Both the position numbers and the translations under genes were made by a program. From Hyaloraphidium curvatum SAG 235-1 (Eukaryota > Fungi > Monoblepharomycota), in NCBI GenBank assembly GCA_025558095.1, contig JAIVFI010000013.1, forward strand, positions 1 to 64,000: a DNA stretch of 64,000 nt. The letters are read 5' to 3'. Positions 59,108 to 64,000 of this stretch are shown here, piece by piece. The notes beneath the pieces were generated by a model. That model had not been told where the DNA came from, ran no database searches, and worked only from the letters and a program-made list of their open reading frames with translations. The number at the start of each line of letters is the position of its first letter. Positions within the stretch are counted from its first letter, which is position 1.

Positions 59108-61189
59108 TCACCCGTCCCCCCTCCCCTTGACGAACGCCGCCCCCATCCCCGGCCCCTTCTGCCCCCCAACCAGCGTCTCGGCGCTCGACTTGTTCCTGTC
59201 CGCCAGGCTCGCCTTGCGCGGCGGCGCCGCGGCCATCGGGTAGGGTGCCGTCTGCCCCGCGTACGACGAGGGGCGCTGCGGCGGAGAGGCGTAGATCGTT
59301 TCCTCTTCATTGCCCTTGCGCTCGAAGGAGAAGGCGCGGTCGAGGGAGGCGCCAGAGGCGGATTCCTCCTCGGGTTCGTCGAAGTGGGTGACGTTCGGCG
59401 GGGGGAGGGGGTGCAGGGGGGGTTTGGAAGCCTCGGGCTGCGCGGGCTCGGCCGGCTCCGCAGGAAGGTCCGGCTGCGGCTCCCCGTCGTCCCCGTCCAC
59501 CACCTCCGCCCCGCCCTCCGTCGCCGCGATCCCCAGCCCCAGATCGTCCTCCCCGATCTCCGCCGTCGGGCTCGGCACCCCGCTCGGCACGCCCACCACG
59601 ACGCCGACCAGCTCGAGCGGCAGCCTGCTGACCGTCGGCCTCCCCACCAGCTTCGCCGCAGGGTCCGGCGTAGCACCCGCCGACGCCGGCGACGCGAACC
59701 CCAGCGGCGTCCAATCCACCTCCCCCGCGGCCTCGGATTCCCCGTCGTCCCCGGCAGCAGGCGGCTCCGCCGCCCCCGCCAGCCCCTTGGCCCTCTCGAG
59801 CACGCTCCTCACCGCCACCTCGTGCGGCAGCGCCTCGTGCGGCGATCCACCCGCCGCCTTGTCCTCCTCCCATCCGCCGTCCGCGCCGTCCGCCATCGGG
59901 CTGGGCGTCAGCATCTCCTCCCACTCCCCCTCGGGCAGGCGGGACCAGTCCACCCGCGCCCACATGGCCTCGCGTGCCTCCTCGGGGACGTCCGGGTGCG
60001 CGGCGAGGTACCGGAGCAGCGCGCGCAGGCCGATGCCGGGGCTCTGCGCGTCGAGGAAGGCCTCGAGCTCGTCGAGGGACTGCGGGTCCGCGGGGGTGTC
60101 GGGCTGGGTGAAGGTCGCGCGGGAGGAGAGGGTGCCCTTGCGGGAGAGGTTGCCGGAGCGGAGCTCGGTGGCCTTGCGGACGATGCTGGCGCGGATGGGG
60201 GAGACCGAGGTCGAGGCCGGTTGGGAGGCGCTGGGGGTCACTGGAGGGGAGGTCGCTTCGGCGGTGCCGGGTCGTTGGAGGCCAGAGTCGTCCTGGGGCT
60301 TCCACGACGCGGCTGTGCTCGCGAGCCCATCGGTGGGACTGGCGGGTACCGAAAGCTGGCCCGAAGGGGCAACCGAGGGGGATGCTGGCCGGCTCGAAGA
60401 GACGTCGGCCGAGGCTGGTTGGTCGGCGGAGCCAGGTTCGTCGATTCCCTCGTCCGTGGCGGGGATGGTGCCCAGGATCGTCAGGTCCTGCTTCGCTTCC
60501 TCAGCAGAATCATCGCTGCCGGCCGCAACGTGGGCAACGGCGGCGTCCTGCACCGCCGCCCTGGCCTCCTTCCAGGCCGCGTCGAAGCCTTTCGCCTCGC
60601 CGGCAAACTCGCGGACGAGGTCGCCCATGCCGACCTCGTCCCCGACCGAGATCAGCACCTCGAGCTTGGAGGTCAGATTGTCCTTTTCCGGGCCGGCCGG
60701 CGCGGCGAGCCATTTGCCTGCGGCCCCGCCGACCCGCCCTCGCAGGGTCTCTGCCAGCGCCTCTGCCAGGTCGCGCAGGTCCAGCTCGACGGCGGTCGTC
60801 AGCGACGACAGCAGCAGGGCGTCGTCCATGTCCGGCACGCCGACGGCGGCGAGCAGCGCGTCGGCTGCCAGCGGGAACGCGTAGGTCCATTTGAGGCACG
60901 CGCGGGGGGCGGCCGGGTGCGTCGGGTACGTGAGCGGCACGATGCGCTGCGGCCGCGGCGCGCCGTCGTCGTCCCTCTTCGGATCGGCGCCGCCGCCGTC
61001 GGGGTCGGCCGCCGTCCGCAGCGCGCCGGCGCCCAGCGCGGCGAGCACCGCGCGGTGGCACGCGACCGGCGTGGCCGCCGTCTCCCCGCCCGCGCCGCCG
61101 GCAACGAGCAGCGGATGCAGGAACACGAGATCAACGTCGGCGTACGCGCCGGACGCAAGGAGCGGGAGGAAGGGCGCCGGCGCCGCCAT
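59108..61189 (-). CDS. BTB/POZ(-BACK)-like protein with disordered acidic/Pro-rich regions
   Basis: GAYADVDLVF..VACHRAVLAA..ACLKWTY; WARVDWSRL. Confidence 0.65.
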   Translation of the reverse strand: MAAPAPFLPLLASGAYADVDLVFLHPLLVAGGAGGETAATPVACHRAVLAALGAGALRTAADPDGGGADPKRDDDGAPRPQRIVPLTYPTHPAAPRACLKWTYAFPLAADALLAAVGVPDMDDALLLSSLTTAVELDLRDLAEALAETLRGRVGGAAGKWLAAPAGPEKDNLTSKLEVLISVGDEVGMGDLVREFAGEAKGFDAAWKEARAAVQDAAVAHVAAGSDDSAEEAKQDLTILGTIPATDEGIDEPGSADQPASADVSSSRPASPSVAPSGQLSVPASPTDGLASTAASWKPQDDSGLQRPGTAEATSPPVTPSASQPASTSVSPIRASIVRKATELRSGNLSRKGTLSSRATFTQPDTPADPQSLDELEAFLDAQSPGIGLRALLRYLAAHPDVPEEAREAMWARVDWSRLPEGEWEEMLTPSPMADGADGGWEEDKAAGGSPHEALPHEVAVRSVLERAKGLAGAAEPPAAGDDGESEAAGEVDWTPLGFASPASAGATPDPAAKLVGRPTVSRLPLELVGVVVGVPSGVPSPTAEIGEDDLGLGIAATEGGAEVVDGDDGEPQPDLPAEPAEPAQPEASKPPLHPLPPPNVTHFDEPEEESASGASLDRAFSFERKGNEEETIYASPPQRPSSYAGQTAPYPMAAAPPRKASLADRNKSSAETLVGGQKGPGMGAAFVKGRGDG

Positions 61190-61754
61190 CGTGTCGAGGG
61201 GGATTTTGGAGCGGTTGTCCTCGGCGGCCCGCCGCTCTGATGACCGTCCGAACCGGCTCAAAAAGGAGAAAATCAGTGCAGGGCAGCCGAGAAAAATGCC
61301 GAGGATGCTTTGATAAAGTTCGTTGTGGGACCGCGAGGAAAGCAATACTGTGCGGAGAGTCTCTTCCGCTCAGGTCGCAGCGAATGAGGCGTTGGGCAAG
61401 TCCGACCAGCAGAATCGAGTCCAGGCTCCGCAAAGGACGTCGTATGGGATGTTTCAACAGATTCCGAATGCGCGTCGGTAGCGGGTGGATTCCGCTCCTG
61501 GGGAGTCGCGACGCCTCTCAATGACCCGTCTCTTCCGCCGGGAGGAACACGCGCCTGGGAGCCGCCTGGGAGCCGCCAATGGCCGCTCGAGGCGCGTAAA
61601 TGGTCTGAATTCTCTTCTTCCGGCGCGCAGGGGGGCGGAAGTCCCTGACGGAGTCGCCAGAATGACACGGGAGGGCTTTTTCGAGGCGCGAATCTATTTC
61701 GTTCGAGGCGAGACCAATAATCTACACAAGTGAAGGAGAAGGGAGGTAGCCGCC

Positions 61755-62938
61755 TCAGTACGCAACGCACGTTCCTCCGCATCCGTCGCTGCCCCCGACC
61801 GACGTGCACGAGCAGTCCTGCGACACCCCCGACGCTCTGGATGCCGAGAAGTCCTGTGTCATCCAGACGTTGTTGGAGGTGGACCAGGCGAACCCGCACG
61901 AGACCTGGGTGAAGGCCGAGTTGCGCATGTTGTGCCAAAAGGCATTGGCAGTCGTCTTCGCGGCGTTGGCTGCCTGGCCCTTGCCCGTGTCCCACTGCTG
62001 CAATAGGCAGCCATCCAGGGTCGACTTGCAGGCGGTGAGGGAGCTGCAAGAGCGCACACAGCAGTAGTTCTGGGCCGAGGAGCCCCCGGCGGGGCAGCTT
62101 CCGAACGTGTTGGATGCCCCCGCGCATCCCCCCGACTGCCCATTGACAAGGAAATCGCCGATGGCCTGCGCCGATGAGCACCTGTTGCCGCCCTCCAGGT
62201 GCGACAGGGCGGGCTTGGGCGTGCCCGGATCCGATGTGCCGTCCGAAAACGGGAAGAGCCCGGCCCGATACTGGTTGATCTTGGTCACGCAGTAGTCGTG
62301 GAGCGCCGCCAGATCCGCGACGCTCATGCCGGTGGGAAAGTACTGGATCGTGACACCGTTGATGGTCGACGGCAGGCCCGAGTTGAACGTCGACTTGGGG
62401 CGGTAGTAGCCTGTAGGGCGGTAGTCGACCCCGGCCGTCGCGTACCGGCGATAGAGCCTCGGGAAGTCCTCGTCGTTGTGCGCTACGCAGGCCACGTGGC
62501 CGTCCGGAGCACCAGGGTGCGCGAACTCGCTGCAAGGTGGGGATTTTCGAAAGGGGCCCCGGCAGAGAGGCGGAGAGGAAGTAATGCCGGTAGAGGAGGA
62601 GCGCCGAGTTTGACGGAAGAGCCGGGCAGACACGGAAAGTCAGAAGCGCGACGGGACAGGAGCGGAGCCGAAGTTACCAGTAGTCCGTTAGCGCGCATTC
62701 CCCGCAGGACCTGCGGAACTCGACGACGGGGCCGCCAATATCGGTCTCGGAGCTGCCGAATTCCACAACGGGGCCGCCGGTGTCCGGCTCGTAGCTGGTG
62801 GCGGCGGCGGAAGGGGTCAACGGTGCAATTTGCGCGGGAGGTGCGCGCGCCGCCCCACCCGCCCTCGGCCACCGGCGCCGCACGGCCAACCGCCGCGGCA
62901 AGGATCAGCAGCAGCACCGAGGCCCGGAAGCGGTTCAT
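61755..62938 (-). CDS. Secreted CAP/SCP-like cysteine-rich protein
   Basis: Signal peptide; YCVTKINQYRA, AQN, WHNMRNSAFTQVSCGF..VWMTQDF. Confidence 0.75.
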
Positions 62939-63089
62939 TGCGGCCGCGTCCAACGTGCTTGGTGTGGCCGGCGGCGGAATATTAGCCACCCAGGCGATCG
63001 CAATATTTAGATGCCGCACGCGCTGTGCCGAAATCCATCGACCCAACGCCATTGGGGTCTATTGGGCCTGCCTGGAATGCAGCATGACC

Positions 63090-63860
63090 TCAGGACCGTT
63101 GGCGCGACCAGATTGATGCGCCCATCGGGAGCCGGAGTCGGAACTCGAGCACTGGAGCCTGCACCATCCATCTACCTGTATTCGCACATCGGGAATGAAA
63201 CGCTCGCTTGATCTCGTGGACCGCCAGGGACGGGTAGCGGAACCGCAGCAAATCTACCACGGAGTCGGCAACGTCCATGTCCGCGTCTCCGGACCATCCG
63301 ACGGCGACCTTCTGCCTTCGGCAGAACGCGGATCGCTCAGCCAACCACCATCGCCACCTCATCCCCCCACGCCCATTGCGTCCTCCTGGATCCGGAAAGG
63401 AGCGTGCGCGAGCAGCCGCAGCTCCCGAGCCACCGGAAACGTCGGCACCCGGCGCGGAGCGAAGAGATTGTGCATGCAATCGAGGAACAGGCGGCTCGGC
63501 GGTTGTAGTTCCAGCACAGCCAGCTCTGGAAAAGGCGATGCGGTGGTCTGCCATCCGTGGGTACAGGTCGACCAGGCCAGCTGCGGCAGTGTGGCGCACG
63601 AGGGCTGGAACAGCGAAGGATCGACGGAGGATTCTCGGCCGCACGCGGAGACCTCGAGCGCGAGCTTGGGCAGGCTTGCCACGCCCCGGCCAGAGATCGA
63701 CTTCCAAGGTTTTGAAATCTCTGATGCTGCTGAAAGTCGCACGAAGACGTAGGTGGCGCAGGTCCTGTTGGAACTCAAGGAGGTGCTGTCCGCCGAGAGG
63801 GAGCCCAGATCCAGATCAAGTTGTTCCAGCGCGGGAAGAACGGCCAGGAGGTCGGGCCAT
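63090..63860 (-). other. Possible LRR-like coding fragment (partial or decayed; may begin outside the window)
   Basis: LPALEQLDLDL, FPELAVLEL, ARELRLL segments in several frames; no clean gene model. Confidence 0.3.
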
Positions 63861-64000
63861 CAGGTGAATTCGCTGGCCTGCCACAGCTCTTCAGCACTTC
63901 AGCCACCTTTTGCAGCTCAACGATTCGAATCCTGCCTATCTTTTCTTCATCAACTACTAAGTACGAGCCAAGGATTGAGCTATGGTGATCACCGTAGAGC

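Noticed and set aside
59042-61240. Long Arg/Gly/Pro-rich ORFs (e.g. 59042-61240, 16814-18514, 23164-24852, 28996-30672)
   Set aside because: Antisense or shifted shadows of real genes in high-GC DNA, with no motifs.
1-64000. Bacterial origin or contamination; tRNA-Sec, rRNA or transposons
   Set aside because: Spliceosomal introns occur throughout and flank the bacterial-like genes. No RNA gene or transposase was recognised by eye; tRNAscan-SE/Secmarker would be needed to exclude them.

Overview
GC-rich, gene-dense eukaryotic DNA with many short (~50-130 nt) GT-AG introns, so most supplied ORFs are exon fragments or GC shadow frames. Gene content suggests an early-diverging fungus (inference). 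About 35 spliced gene models were reconstructed by hand. Main result: a hidden selenoprotein gene on the minus strand (27719-27077). Splicing gives a SelenoH/Rdx-type thioredoxin-like protein with a C-N-S-U motif (in-frame TGA at 27416-27414) and a canonical SECIS stem-loop in the 3' UTR (27046-26962). Unlike typical SelenoH it starts with a hydrophobic signal/anchor. The window also holds a local expansion of six CAMK-like kinases, five ending in a DSGxx(S/E) degron-like tail, and three paralogs of an unknown protein with a neurabin/Bni4-like PP1-docking tail. Kinase plus PP1-docking gene form an inverted two-gene module, and two paralogs share an ~827-bp apparently identical tract. Four F-box genes, a GH19 chitinase and several bacterial-like genes (GST, flavodoxin, LURP, triple SnoaL with PTS1) are also present. 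No tRNA, rRNA, CRISPR array or intact mobile element was recognised.
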